This document shows, one piece after another, positions 1 to 17,257 of a stretch of 64,000 nucleotides of DNA. Position 1 is the stretch's first letter; each line of letters opens with the position of its first letter. The translations under genes were made by a program, and so were the position numbers. Location of the stretch: the NCBI GenBank assembly GCA_033442325.1, contig JAWQFM010000027.1, forward strand, positions 873,047-937,046, given 5' to 3'. Source of the DNA: Salpingoeca rosetta (Eukaryota; Protista; Choanoflagellata). The notes under the pieces are model-generated. The model was not told the DNA's origin. It worked only from the letters and a program-made list of their open reading frames with translations, and made no database searches.

Positions 1-24
1 TCACGGTGGTCATTGCTGTGACAG

Positions 25-873
25 GACAAGATTGAGGCGCAGGCGGCAGACATTGAAGGAGAGGTGATGGACCTGGAGTACTCCAACACGTAAGCACAAC
101 ACCAACAAACGACTGTCCACCAGCCCCTTTCATTGACACATGGCACACCTTTCTGTTGTTTGTTATTCGATCAAACCATCGTCAACTCACCTCATTCTCG
201 TGTTCGTCCACGCATCCGTTTCGCCAGTGTGCTGGAGACCATGTCAACCATTCCGCACTTTGACAACTTGCAGGTTTGATGAACTGCAAGTGTGTGTGTG
301 TATGTGATTGGGTGGGCTTGCATGTTTAGTTCTCGCTCTGTCGTTCCACGTCCGCCCCCCCCCCCCGTGTCAATTCGAGCAACCGGCCAGCTGTCTTTAT
401 CATCGTTACCACTTACAATGTCATCACTGTTGCACGTCCACTCACTGTCGTTGTTCCTCCAACCCACCGTGAAATTGCGTGACTCCTTCTACTTTCGGCA
501 CCAGCGCCACCTCGACGCTGCGCTGGCTGAGGTGGACCCGTCGTCGGTACACGCTGACGAAGAGACGCAGGCGTTCCTGCAGCAGCTGCCGTCCATGTCC
601 CACGCGCCATCACCACAGCGGCGGCCGCGCGAGCAGCAACAGCAGGAAGTGGGGGTGGAGGAGGAGAAGGAGGAGAAGGGTGGGGAGCAACAAGAGAAAA
701 AGGAGAACGAAGGGCACCAACAACAGCAACAGCAACAGCAGCAGCAACAGCAGCAGCAACAAGAGCAACAAGGGGAGCAGGTGCAGGAAGGAAGTGAAAG
801 CGGGCACATCGGTGAAAGACAGACAGACGTATCCGTGTCACAGCAACCAGGCGAAGAGGAGGAGGGGAAGTGA
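25..873 (+). CDS. BORCS8: 3' part of a BORCS8 (MEF2BNB)-like BORC subunit; exons 25-89, 228-273, 505-873; 5' end lies outside the window
   Basis: In-phase GT-AG splicing gives DKIEAQAADIEGEVMDLEYSNTVLETMSTIPHFDNLQRHLDAAL followed by a Q/E-rich tail. By eye this resembles the BORCS8 C-terminal helix (..QGAIYTVEYACSAVKNL..FRSVEGLLKQAI). Recalled similarity, no search run. Confidence 0.55.
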
Positions 874-1140
874 GTTGCACCACAATTGTGGCGGCGTGTG
901 TGTGCTGTTGTGTGTGTGCGTGTTTGCGTGCGTTATTGTACACCCACCAACGCATGATGTAGATATGAGACCCAATTCAATAAACAAAAGCTGTATTGTG
1001 GCACTACTATCGAGGTCAAAACCCACAACACAGACACACATTCACACGTACGCATAGACACGTATGTCCCCTGTCGCGCATTGCGTCTCTGTCTCAGTCT
1101 TAGCGTTGATACTCTCACGACGTATTCCGTCATCATTAAC

Positions 1141-1152
1141 CATTACCATCAC

Positions 1153-1193
<41 letters not shown>

Positions 1194-1226
1194 CCATCAC
1201 CATCATCACCATCACCATCATCACCA
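1141..1226. repeat. (CAT/CAC)n microsatellite
   Basis: Directly visible; intergenic between convergent genes. Confidence 0.95.
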
Positions 1227-1719
1227 CGATGTCTTGAATCGGCTGCAGTCAGACCAGGCGCGCGTGTGCGGCTCCAACTGCGGATATGCGAGCGCCAACC
1301 GCCTGTTGTGCAGCCCGAAGAATCTGCACACCTCGTGCATGAGCGTTGCGTTCAGGTGCTGCGTTTCAGAATGCATGCGCCATCCCGACGTCTCTTCAAA
1401 GCTCGGCCAGACCTCAGATATCCTATGTTGGGGAGGTGGAGGGGGTGGGTGGGGTGAGAAGGGGGTTTGGAGTTGGAAACGATGTCATCAGACAGACAGA
1501 CAGACAGAGAGACAGACAGACAGAGAGATAGACAGACAGACAGACAGGGAGATGGAGAGATCAGGGGACAGAACCAGGCACAAACACAGGCGCACACGCA
1601 CAGACAAACACACACACACAAACAAACAAACAAACAAACAAACACACACACACGCAGACACAGACGCACAGACACAGACACACACAGACACACGCACATA
1701 CACATTGGAACAGCGCCGC

Positions 1720-4294
<2,575 letters not shown>

Positions 4295-4802
4295 AGCCGC
4301 AACCTTCTCTTCTGCTTTCTTTCTCTCTCTCTCTCTCTCGCCCTTTCTCTCGCCCTTTCTCTCTCTCCCTTTCTCTCGCCCTTTCTCTCTCTCCCTTTCT
4401 CTCTCTCCCTGTCCCTCACTGCCCACAATCCAATCTGGCAAGCAGCAAGCAGGTCCAGCTACAACGTGTGTCCCTTCCACATCACACGATAACAACCACA
4501 CGTGGCAAGCAAGCAAGCACCAAAGCACAACCAGCAAGAAGGTCGGTCGGTGTGTGCGCGTCCTCTCTTGTTTGTACTGCTGGTGGTGCGGGTTTGCCAA
4601 GAGGCTAGAAAATACATTCATATCTTTTGTGAATATTCTACAACCGCAAGCAAAACCGCAGCAGAGTTGACTGAGTGGTGTGGCAGTCGTTACAAATCTC
4701 TCGATCCAACCAACTCCTCACAACAGAGCCAGCACCAAGCAAGCAAGCAAGAAAGTAAGAAAGCAAGAAGTCAGCGAGCCAAGAAAGCAAGGCGTCGTCA
4801 TC

Positions 4803-7436
<2,634 letters not shown>

Positions 7437-7642
7437 GCACGCGCGTTTTTTGCTTGCAGGCACTCGTCACGCACACCGCTGCTTGCGTACATGTATGTGT
7501 GTGCGCGTGTGTGTGTGCTGTGTGAGTGCGCGTCAATGCGTGATTTGCGTTGAGCTGCTGCCTAACTGCTGATTGCCATACCGTCTTGTCATCTTGTTCT
7601 TCTCCTTCATGCCGTTGCCACCATGTTTCCCCCTCACCCTCG

Positions 7643-7667
7643 CTGTTGTTGTTGTTGTTGTTGTTGC

Positions 7668-7758
<91 letters not shown>

Positions 7759-7759
7759 G
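7643..7759. repeat. (GTT)n microsatellite
   Basis: Directly visible. Confidence 0.95.
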
Positions 7760-8053
7760 CTTTTCGTCCCTGCTGCTTTCATCGTTACCACCGCACCACG
7801 TTGTGCTGACACTTTCCCCGTTCCTCCCCCTCCCCCCCCCACCACACACACCTGCTCTCTTTTCCGATGTTGGTGATGGTGGTGGTGGTGATTACGAGTG
7901 GGGGGTTGTGTTGTCTTCCGTTACAATGACGTCCATTAAACACATGCATGAGACAATTCAGGACAGCAATATGCACACACAGCCACACCCACAGCCACAC
8001 CCACAGACACAGACACAGACACACACACACACACACACACACACAGAGCCACA

Positions 8054-8103
<50 letters not shown>

Positions 8104-8104
<1 letters not shown>

Positions 8105-9366
8105 TAGTCATCATAATCAACAAGCCCGCCACCACTGCCTCCTTCTCTTGTACTGCTGCTGCTGCTGCTGCTTGACAATTGCCCTTGTCGTGTTGGCTCC
8201 GACACTGTCGTTACCACTCCTGTGGCCGTGGGTTCTGCTGTTGTCGTGGCTCCTGTTGTCGTCGTCGTTGTTGTGTCCACAGCATTGTGGCCGCGTCGCA
8301 CGGGGCGAACAAGTGGCTGCTGCTGCTGTTGGCGTTGATGTTTGTGCGTCTTCAAACCACCACCACCACCAGCAGCAGCGCCACCACCAAGACCAGCACC
8401 AGCACCACCACGTTTGCTCGCCATCATGCCCTTTGCCACCCCTGCACGTGCATGTGCTAAGAGCACTTTCTTCAGGTCACCTGCGCGCGTGGCGCTGTGA
8501 GCAGATGACGACACCAAACTATCGCCACCACTGCGGCTACGATTGCTGCTGTTGTTGTCGCTTTGGCTGTGCTTGCTTGCGCTGCTCGTGTATGCGTGAG
8601 AGAAGATGGACTGGCGTTTGATGGCGTCCCTCGCGGTACGCATGGTGGTTGGCGTGTGCTGCCCAAAGGTGGTGTGCTTGGCCAGGGCAACGTCGCCCTC
8701 GTCCTCGGGAACAAGCTTGATGTCCAGGGATGCCTTGCTCAGGAGCGCGTTGTCCTTGTCTGCCTTGGCCTTGAGCTTCCGCTTCTCTTGGCGGAAGGAG
8801 TTGCGCAGCTTGCTGTTGATGTCGTAGTCGTGCTTGGTGGTCTGCTCCTTGAGCTGCACCAGGCGCACCAGCCGGGGCTGCTGCTCGGCGGCGCGGTGCT
8901 TGTCGCTTGCCTGGTGCTCCAGCATGTACATGGGGTCCTGTGCGCGCTTGTCCTTCTCCTGCTGGTCTGGCACGACGATGCTCTGCGCGTCGTCTGCGTC
9001 CCACGTGTCCTTCTTGCGGCGGCCGCCTTTGGTGATGCGGTAGTCGCAGTTCTTCGGGTCCGTCTCAAACACAATCGTGTTGCTGCACAGGTGGCAGGTG
9101 AAGGTGAAGGCGTAGATTGGGGTGGAGTAGTAGGCGCCGACCTTCTTCTTCTCCGCGTTCCAGCGCACGCCGCGGCCAATGTGGGCACCGCAGCTCTCGC
9201 ACCAGAAGTTCCATGGCGCCTCGAAGCGGATGACCAGGATGCCCTGCTTGATCTTGCGTGCACGCTCGCGCAGCGGGTGCGACCCATGATACGCGTTGAT
9301 GCTCGACGTCTTCTTCGGATCAAAGTCTGGCGGGATCCACTTGTTCGACGCCTTGCGGTCAGCCAT
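8104..9366 (-). CDS. YJU2B: CCDC130/YJU2B (Saf4/Yju2 family) splicing factor, single exon
   Basis: MADRKASNKWIPPDFDPKK, GILVIRFEAPWNFWCESC, GRGVRWNAEKKKVGAYYSTPIY, CHLC...TDPKNCDY, and a C-terminal LVDYDD. Confidence 0.93.
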
Positions 9367-9713
9367 GCTTGACGGGGAGAGATGACAGAGGTGGGAGAAG
9401 AGAGAATGGGGGGGGGGGGTTTGTAGGGAGGAAGGGGGTTTGACGCAGGTGGTGGACGTTCGTCTTCGTCTTCGTCTTAGTCTTCGTCTTGTCTTTCTTG
9501 CTTGTCTCTTCTTGTCTTGCTTGCTTGCTTGCTTGCTTGTTGATTTTCGTGGCTGCTGCGGATGAATGTGACAACTGGCTGCTGTTGATACATCATCATC
9601 GAGTGTTGTGTCCTGCCATCCACCCTCCACACACCAACAGCTGCACAATATCATCCTCTCGTTGACTCTGGCCCACACTACCTGACATACACAACAACGA
9701 CACGCTCGACGTC

Positions 9714-10325
9714 ATGGCAGATCGCCAAACGCCCGTCATCTCCGCACCGCACACGGAAGGTTGGTTGGTGTGTGTGTGTGTATGTGTGTGTGTGTGTGTG
9801 TGTGCTTGTGTGCTTGTGCGTGTGCGTGTGCGTGTGCGTGTGTGTATGTGCGTGTGTGTATGTGCGTGTGTGTACGCCTTGCCGGAANNNNNNNNNNNNN
9901 NNNNNNNNNNNNNNNNNNNNNNNNNNNNNNNNNNNNNNNNNNNNNNNNNNNNNNNNNNNNNNNNNNNNNNNNNNNNNNNNNNNNNNNNNNNNNNNNNNNN
10001 NNNNNNNNNNNNNNNNNNNNNNNNNNNNNNNNNNNNNNNNNNNNNNNNNNNNNNNNNNNNNNNNNNNNNNNNNNNNNNNNNNNNNNNNNNNNNNNNNNNN
10101 NNNNNNNNNNNNNNNNNNNNNNNNNNNNNNNNNNNNNNNNNNNNNNNNNNNNNNNNNNNNNNNNNNNNNNNNNNNNNNNNNNNNNNNNNNNNNNNNNNNN
10201 NNNNNNNNNNNNNNNNNNNNNNNNNNNNNNNNNNNNNNNNNNNNNNNNNNNNNNNNNNNNNNNNNNNNNNNNNNNNNNNNNNNNNNNNNNNNNNNNNNNN
10301 NNNNNNNNNNNNNNNNNNNNNNNNN

Positions 10326-10379
<54 letters not shown>

Positions 10380-11224
10380 CCTTGCCGGAACTGCATGTGT
10401 TGTGTGTGTGTGTGTGATCTACCTTGTTCAATCTGACAATGCCTACCTCACCTTGCCTTGCCCGCCAATTGCTCCCCCTCTCGGCCCCCCCACCCACCCG
10501 CACCCCCACAAGTGCTGGTGACATTCACGGCAGCAGCAGGAGCGCCGCAGCTGAAGGAGTCCAAGCGCAAGATCAAAGTCAAGTCACACAAGGCCTTCCA
10601 GGTGTGATGTCATTGTATCGTGTGTGTTTTGCGTGCTGTTGTGTGGGCGTGCTGTTGTGTGGACGTGCGTTGTGTTTCTCCGCTGCTTCTGACCTGCTTC
10701 TTCACACCTTCTCACAAACGTACGCATTCCCAACCACACCCTCCCTCAACTAGGCTGTTGTACAACACTTGCAAAAGCTCCTTGACAAGAAGACCTTGGT
10801 GCGTTGGGTCGATGCGTGCGTGTGTTCGCCTGCGCCCTGTACATATGTGTGTGTGTGTATGTGTGTGCGTGTTGTTTGCTCCGGGTGACGTCCTGTTAAC
10901 TTTCTTCCCCTTTCTCGCTGACACATCCGTGCCACGAGTCTCCCTCTTCCCCCCCCCCTTTTCTCTCGGTCTCTGTCCCACAGACCCTCTCCCTATCTCA
11001 CCCGCTCACTGCCTCCCAATGTTCCTTGCACTGATGTAGTTTGTGTACATCAACCAAATATCACCGTCGCTCGACGCCACCATCGGCCAGCTCGCAGCGG
11101 TATGCCGTGTGTGTGTGTGTGTGTNNNNNNNNNNNNNNNNNNNNNNNNNNNNNNNNNNNNNNNNNNNNNNNNNNNNNNNNNNNNNNNNNNNNNNNNNNNN
11201 NNNNNNNNNNNNNNNNNNNNNNNN

Positions 11225-11259
<35 letters not shown>

Positions 11260-11349
11260 ACACACCGCATGCAGTTCTATGGGCACGTGACGGCGAAAGG
11301 GACGTACCGCCTTCCTCTGCAGTACTCTGTAACGCCTGCGTGGGGTTGA
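9714..11349 (+). CDS. ATG12: Ubiquitin-like autophagy protein ATG12; exons 9714-9759, 10513-10601, 10754-10798, 11040-11099, 11275-11349
   Basis: Spliced product ...VLVTFTAAAGAPQLKESKRKIKVKSHKAFQAVVQHLQKLLDKKTLFVYINQISPSLDATIGQLAAFYG...LQYSVTPAWG* carries the ATG12 LF(V/I)Y(I/V)NQ..P..D motif and the terminal AWG. Not visible as one ORF in the track. Confidence 0.88.
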
Positions 11350-11905
11350 CCCTCTTTCCTCTCTCATGCATCCGCTCTATCTGCTCACCTCCATTGCAAC
11401 ACCAACAACTCCCTTCTCCTCTCTTCCTCTCTGTTCTCTCCTTTCTCCCTCCACCACTGGCATTAGTCCCCTATAGCTGCACATTGCGAGTTGTTTGCGT
11501 GCTTTGCCTCTTGTGTCGCCTCTTCCTCTTCCCGTCTCGTTCTCAGCGCTCCTCTGCTTCATCGCTCGTGCTGCTGTTTGCTGCCGCTTCCGTCGTTCTC
11601 TCTCCCCTTTGTTACCCTCCCCCCCCCCTTCCATCGAAACGATGCCATGCTACCTTCGAGCTCAAGCGAACGAGGAGAGGGGGGAAGGATGAGTTGAGGG
11701 AGAGGAGGGAGGAGAGCTCTCACACAGTCTCGTCACATGCACAACAACACCATCATCAACAACACCAACAACAACTTCAACAACACCATCAACAACAACA
11801 ACACCAAAAACAAAAGCGCGCACCACACGTCACTGGTGTCATTTCGCAACAAGCAGCACCACCACCACAAGCAGTACCACCACCAGCAACATCAACAGCA
11901 GCAGC

Positions 11906-12679
11906 ATGGCTGGACACGCTGTGAGACGCGTGCTTGTGACGGGCGCAGGCAGCGGCATTGGCCGCGGCGTCGCCTCCTTCCTCGCCTCCAAGGGCCACCA
12001 CGTGTATGTCACGGACCTCAACATCGACCCGGCCATGGCTGTGGTGGACGAGATTGTGGCCAAGGGCGGCAGCGCCTCTGCGCACCAGCTGGATGCGGGC
12101 AACGTCGAGTCCATCGAGTCTGTGATCCGCGGCCTGCAGGAGAAGCCCAACGTCCTCGTCAACAACGCCGGCATCCAGCACGTGTCCACGCTGGAGGAGT
12201 TCCCCATGGACAAGTGGCAGAAGCTGGTGGACGTCATGCTTGTCGGCGTGGCAGCGCTGACCAAGGCCGTCCTGCCCACCATGCGCGATGAGGGCTATGG
12301 CCGCGTCATCAACATCGGCAGCGTGCACTCCCTCGTCGGCTCGCCAGGCAAGTCCGCGTACGTTGCCGCCAAGCACGGGCTCATCGGCTTCTCCAAGGTC
12401 ATGGCGCTGGAGACCGGCAACAGCAACATCACCGTCAACACCCTCTGCCCCGCGTACGTCCGCACCCCGCTTGTGGAGAACCAGGTCGCAGACCAGGCCA
12501 AGCTCCACGGCATCAGCGAGGAGGAGGTGATTAAGAACATCATGCTTCGGCCCATGCCCAAGGGTCGCTTCATCGAGGTGGAGGAGCTCGCCGGCACGTG
12601 CGACTTTTTGATGTCGGACTATGCGCGCAACATCACTGCTCAGGCAATTGCACTCGACGGCGGCTGGACTGCCCAATGA
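11906..12679 (+). CDS. bdhA: D-3-hydroxybutyrate dehydrogenase, bacterial-type SDR, intronless
   Basis: TGAGSGIG, NNAGIQH, GSVHSLVGSPGKSAYVAAKHG, CPAYVRTPLVENQ and DGGWTAQ match the bacterial HBDH subfamily pattern. Confidence 0.9.
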   Translation: MAGHAVRRVLVTGAGSGIGRGVASFLASKGHHVYVTDLNIDPAMAVVDEIVAKGGSASAHQLDAGNVESIESVIRGLQEKPNVLVNNAGIQHVSTLEEFPMDKWQKLVDVMLVGVAALTKAVLPTMRDEGYGRVINIGSVHSLVGSPGKSAYVAAKHGLIGFSKVMALETGNSNITVNTLCPAYVRTPLVENQVADQAKLHGISEEEVIKNIMLRPMPKGRFIEVEELAGTCDFLMSDYARNITAQAIALDGGWTAQ

Positions 12680-12711
12680 GCACGCGTGCGCGCGCGTGTG
12701 TTTATGTGTTG

Positions 12712-12747
<36 letters not shown>

Positions 12748-12969
12748 TGGTGGTGTGTGTGTGGTGTGTGGTGGTGGTGGTGGTGGTGGTGTGCTCAGCT
12801 CTAAGATAGCTCATGCGTTACTGCCCTAACGAAAACCGAAAAGGATGGCTCACACAACCTAGAGGCAACACCTTACCGAACAGAATTAAGTCTGCGTAGA
12901 AGACCCCAATCAATCTGAAGTATAGCTTTTTGAGAACCGTGGTAAAGTATGGGGAGCTTCGACACGCCG

Positions 12970-13010
<41 letters not shown>

Positions 13011-13969
13011 TGGGTGTGTGTGTGGGTGTGTGTGGGTGGGTGTGGGTGTGGGTGCAGGCGTGAAAGAGAGAGAGAGAGTGTGTGTGTTATTGTGTGTGTG
13101 TGTGTGTTGATATGTGCATTGTGTATGTCAACTTGTGTTGATTGTTGCTGTGCGCACCCCTCCCCCGCGTGCGTTTCTTTCTCATGTTTCTGTACGACTG
13201 CGTATGCCTTCACATGGCGCATGTTGATCGCTTGGTGTTGCTCCGTGCACTTGTTTGTTTGTGCCTTGGGTGTTCGTCGCGATAAAGCGCCTCTACATGA
13301 ACTGCCGTCAGTGTGTGTGTGTGTGTGTGTCGGTGCGCTTGCACGTGTTCTCTTGTGCCACACAGTGCACTTCCATCAAACATCCCCCGTGCTGTGGTCA
13401 CTCCTAGCCAAGCGTTCTCCAAACAACAACAACAAACAGCAAAGTACGCACACACACACGCACGCACACAAACACATGTGGCCTGGTCGGATATGGACAG
13501 CATCGCAAGCGCTCACGTCAGCAACACAGCTCATAAGCGCACACAACAGTGAACAACAGCCGGATTGACGACAATTTGTTGTATCATCTTATATTTTTCG
13601 CCTTGGCAACCTTTCTGCTGGCGTATTTTTTTCTTCTCTGCTGCTGCTGTGTGCACTTTCGCCAAGACAACCAAGCTGAACCAACACACACACACAACAC
13701 CCCGCTCCACCACCGCATATCACCGCTCGCTCGCTTGCTATCGACCAGCGTTTCCATTGGCACCAAACCAGTTCCAGTCAGCCAGACCACGAAGAAGCTC
13801 CACGTCGTCATCCTGAGTGATACGCAGCGTGTGATCCGTAGCGACCGCAAACAAGACACCCACGTTTGATTGAGCTTCGCCAAGCCGTTGTTGTTGTTGT
13901 TTCTCGGCACTCCAACTGTTCCCGCCACACAACGTACATACACGTACATCTACCAATCCACCGTCCACA

Positions 13970-14085
13970 ATGTTCAAGAACACATACCAGTCGGGGTTCC
14001 TGTCCATCCTCTACAGCATTGGCAGCAAACCCTTGCAGATCTGGCACAAGGAGGTGTGTTGTTGCGGCAGCGTCGTCATCGTGTG

Positions 14086-14123
<38 letters not shown>

Positions 14124-14593
14124 CTGTGTGTGTGTGTGTGTTTCTGTGTGTGAGTGAAGAGGGAGGGTATTGGTTAGTTACGCCTTCGCTGCGCCTTTCG
14201 TTGTGTCTTTGCGACTCCCCGTTGCGCCTCCTTTTTTTTTTTTTCTTGCTTGTACTTGGTTGCGACGCTCATGACAACACATGGTTTGCACCCGTTTCCT
14301 GCGCGCAGGTGCGGAATGGACACATCAAGCGCATCACAGACGACGACATCCAGTCGCTGGTGATCGAGATCATGGGCACCAACGTCAGCACCACATACAT
14401 CACATGCCCGGCAGACAAGAAGCAGACCCTCGGCATCAAGCTGCCGTTCCTCGTCATGATTGTCAAGAACATGAAGAAGTACTTTACATTCGAAGTACAG
14501 GTGCGTGTGTCTGTGTGTGCGTCTGTGTGTGTGTCTGTGTGTGTGTGTGTGCAAGTGTGTCTGTGTGTCTGTGTGTGCAAGTGTGTGTATATG

Positions 14594-14625
<32 letters not shown>

Positions 14626-15118
14626 TGTATGTATGTATGTATGTATGTATGTATGTATGTATGTATGTACGTATGTATGTATGTATGTATGTATGTATGT
14701 ATGTGTATGTATGTATGTATGTGTGTGTGTATGTATGTATGTATGTATGTGTGTGTGTGTGTCAGTCTGTCAGTCTGTCAGTCTGTCGGTGTGTCTGTCT
14801 CTCCCTGCGCCACAGTTTAATGAGATCCGAAGGCTCATGACCAATGTCGCTGCCGTCTCTTCTCCATCATCATGCTGTGTTGTACGTACAGGTTCTCGAT
14901 GACAAGAACGTGAGCCGGCGGTTCCGCGCGTCAAACTACCAGGGCGCGACACGCGTCAAGCCGTTCATCTGCTCCATGCCCATGCGCCTTGACGAGGGCT
15001 GGAACCAGATCCAGGTGCGCGATTGCGTATATGTCTGTGTGTGTCTCTCTGTGTGTGTCTCTCTCTGTGTGTGTGCGTGTGTGTGTGTGTGTCTGTGTGT
15101 GTGAGTGTGTCTGTGTGT

Positions 15119-15155
<37 letters not shown>

Positions 15156-15731
15156 TGAGTGTGCTTGTGTGTGCGTGTTGCGAGTACCTGTGTCCCCAAC
15201 CCTCTACAACCACTTTGCCGTTCACCTGTCCATCTCACGTGTGTCGTTTACATCATGCCCCGCTGCCGCTGCCGCCAATTCCTTCATCAGTTCAACCTTG
15301 CTGACTTTACGCGACGAGCATACGGCACCACCTTCATTGAGGCGCAGCGCGTCCAGGTGTGTGTGTGCGTGTGCGTGTGTGTATGTGGATGTGTGCGTGT
15401 GCGTGTGTGTATGTGGATGTGTGTGTGTGTGTGCATGCACGTTTGTACCGCCATCACTCCACCCTACCCCACATCGCTCCACTCCACCTGACCCCAACCT
15501 TCCCACCTCATCACCACCACCATCACCACCACCACCACCACCACCACCACCACCACCACCACCACCATCCCCGTGTGTGTGCTCAGATCCACGCCAACTG
15601 CCGCATCCGGCGCGTGTACTTCAGCGACCGCCTCTACAGCGAAGATGAGCTCCCCGCAGAGTTTAAGCTCTACCTGCCCCTCCGCGGCAAGGACAAGAAG
15701 GGACAGGGTGTGTACCATGACGCTTTTGTGC

Positions 15732-15785
<54 letters not shown>

Positions 15786-15832
15786 CCTGCGTGTGCATAC
15801 GTGTGCATGTGTGTGTGTGTGTGTGGCTGTGT

Positions 15833-15872
<40 letters not shown>

Positions 15873-16064
15873 CTGTGTGGCTGTGTGTGTGGCTGTGTGT
15901 GTACCTGTTTGCTTGTCAATGCTTTCTCCCGACGTTACGCCGACTCCTTACACCCTTCGCCCCACAACACCCCCCTCCCCTTCTCCCTTGCCTCTCTGCC
16001 AACAGCCGACGCTGGTCCCGCCACCTCTGCGCCCGAGCCAAGCCAGGCCGCACCCGCGTCCTAA
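13970..16064 (+). CDS. CFAP20: Cilia- and flagella-associated protein 20 (BUG22); exons 13970-14053, 14309-14500, 14892-15014, 15291-15356, 15587-15707, 16006-16064
   Basis: [107 protein letters not shown]. Confidence 0.97.
14588..14750. repeat. (GTAT)n microsatellite in CFAP20 intron 2
   Basis: Directly visible. Confidence 0.95.
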
Positions 16065-16632
16065 ACCCATCCCCACCAGCCCACCATACCTCCTTGTTGT
16101 TGCAGTACACTCACTGCACACATACACACAAACACACATACATGCATCTCAGCCGTCGATCTACCCCTCATGCCCTCTCCACCAGCAGCTCCTTGTATCA
16201 CATCTGTACTTGCTTGCACTGCGTGTGTTTGTACGTGTGGCTGTGCAGCCGTGTTTTGTTGCGTCGTGTGATGTGAGCGCTTGCTTTGCGTCTTCTTCCC
16301 TATCCTGTGTTCACCTCGTCATGTGCCGTTGCTGTTGTTGCTGATGTTGATGTTCCCTTTGCTGTGGTTGTGGTCGTGGTTGTCAAGCAGCGAAATGAAC
16401 CCAGTCATCCCCCCCCCTACCACCACCAGGCAGCCAAGTCCAACATGCCATTGCACTACCCTTTCACCACCACCACCTCCACTTATGGCACGGACCAACC
16501 AACACCATCCACATGCTCCATTCAATCATCCATTCATCATCATCTCATGTCAATCAGCATTGCAGCCCCCAATACAAACACCAACCCAACAGCAAACCAA
16601 ACACACCAGAGCCAACCCACCAGACGAACAAG

Positions 16633-16977
16633 ATGGCCAGGTTGTTGCGTGCGCTGTGCACGGCACGTGGTGTTGCCGCCCTACAGCAACAGCCACAGCA
16701 GCAGGCGCTGTTGCTTGCCACACACAGGTGGCTGTCATCCTCCACCCTGACGTTGCGGGCAAGCGACGGGAGCAGCGGCAGCGCTGGCGCTGGTGGTGGT
16801 GAGGCTCAACACGACAACAAGCACGACGGCGACGGCAACGGCGATAACAAGAAGGCTAAGGCACCAAGCCCACACGAGGTGCTCAAGCAGAAGGAAGGGG
16901 AGCAAGGCGGGCCAAAGGGACCTGAGCCAACGCGATATGGCGACTGGGAGCGCAAGGGCCGCGTCTCCGACTTCTGA
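16633..16977 (+). CDS. SDHAF4: Succinate dehydrogenase assembly factor 4 (Sdh8/DUF1674), mitochondrial
   Basis: Mitochondrial presequence-like N-terminus (MARLLRALCTARG...RWLSSS) and the diagnostic C-terminus GGPKGPEPTRYGDWERKGRVSDF. Confidence 0.93.
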   Translation: MARLLRALCTARGVAALQQQPQQQALLLATHRWLSSSTLTLRASDGSSGSAGAGGGEAQHDNKHDGDGNGDNKKAKAPSPHEVLKQKEGEQGGPKGPEPTRYGDWERKGRVSDF

Positions 16978-17257
16978 TGGCACACGGCTTTTGCTTTGCT
17001 GTACATGCTCACTCTGCTTTGCTGTGCGCGTTTGCTTCGTCTCGTAGTCCCAATCCATCCAAGACTTTGCCTTGCTCGTTTGCTTCCCTTCGCCAGGCAC
17101 CGCTCCCTCTCCCCTCCTTTGCTTGCACGCTTGCACGTTGCCTTGTTTCATTCACCACCCAATTGAAGAACAAGACGAGGAACACGTCGCAGCCAGCAAC
17201 CGTTGACAACAGAAGCGCAAGCAGGTCATCATTCACAACAAACACAAACACGCCAGG

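Noticed and set aside
274-504. Apparent non-AG acceptor before VKLRDSF in the first gene
   Set aside because: A canonical in-phase pyrimidine-rich CAG at 502-504 gives a better BORCS8-like alignment.
9862-10390. Direct repeat tgtacgccttgccggaa on both sides of an N gap
   Set aside because: Most likely overlapping contig ends at a TG tract, not a target-site duplication or LTR.
12820-12950. Resemblances to the U1 5' end (ATACTTTACC), U3 box A', U4atac and a telomerase template (CCCTAAC)
   Set aside because: Each match is short and the other required motifs are missing. Kept only as an unassigned island.
13500-13960. Short ORFs upstream of CFAP20
   Set aside because: No motifs or consistent exon chain; likely 5' UTR or promoter.
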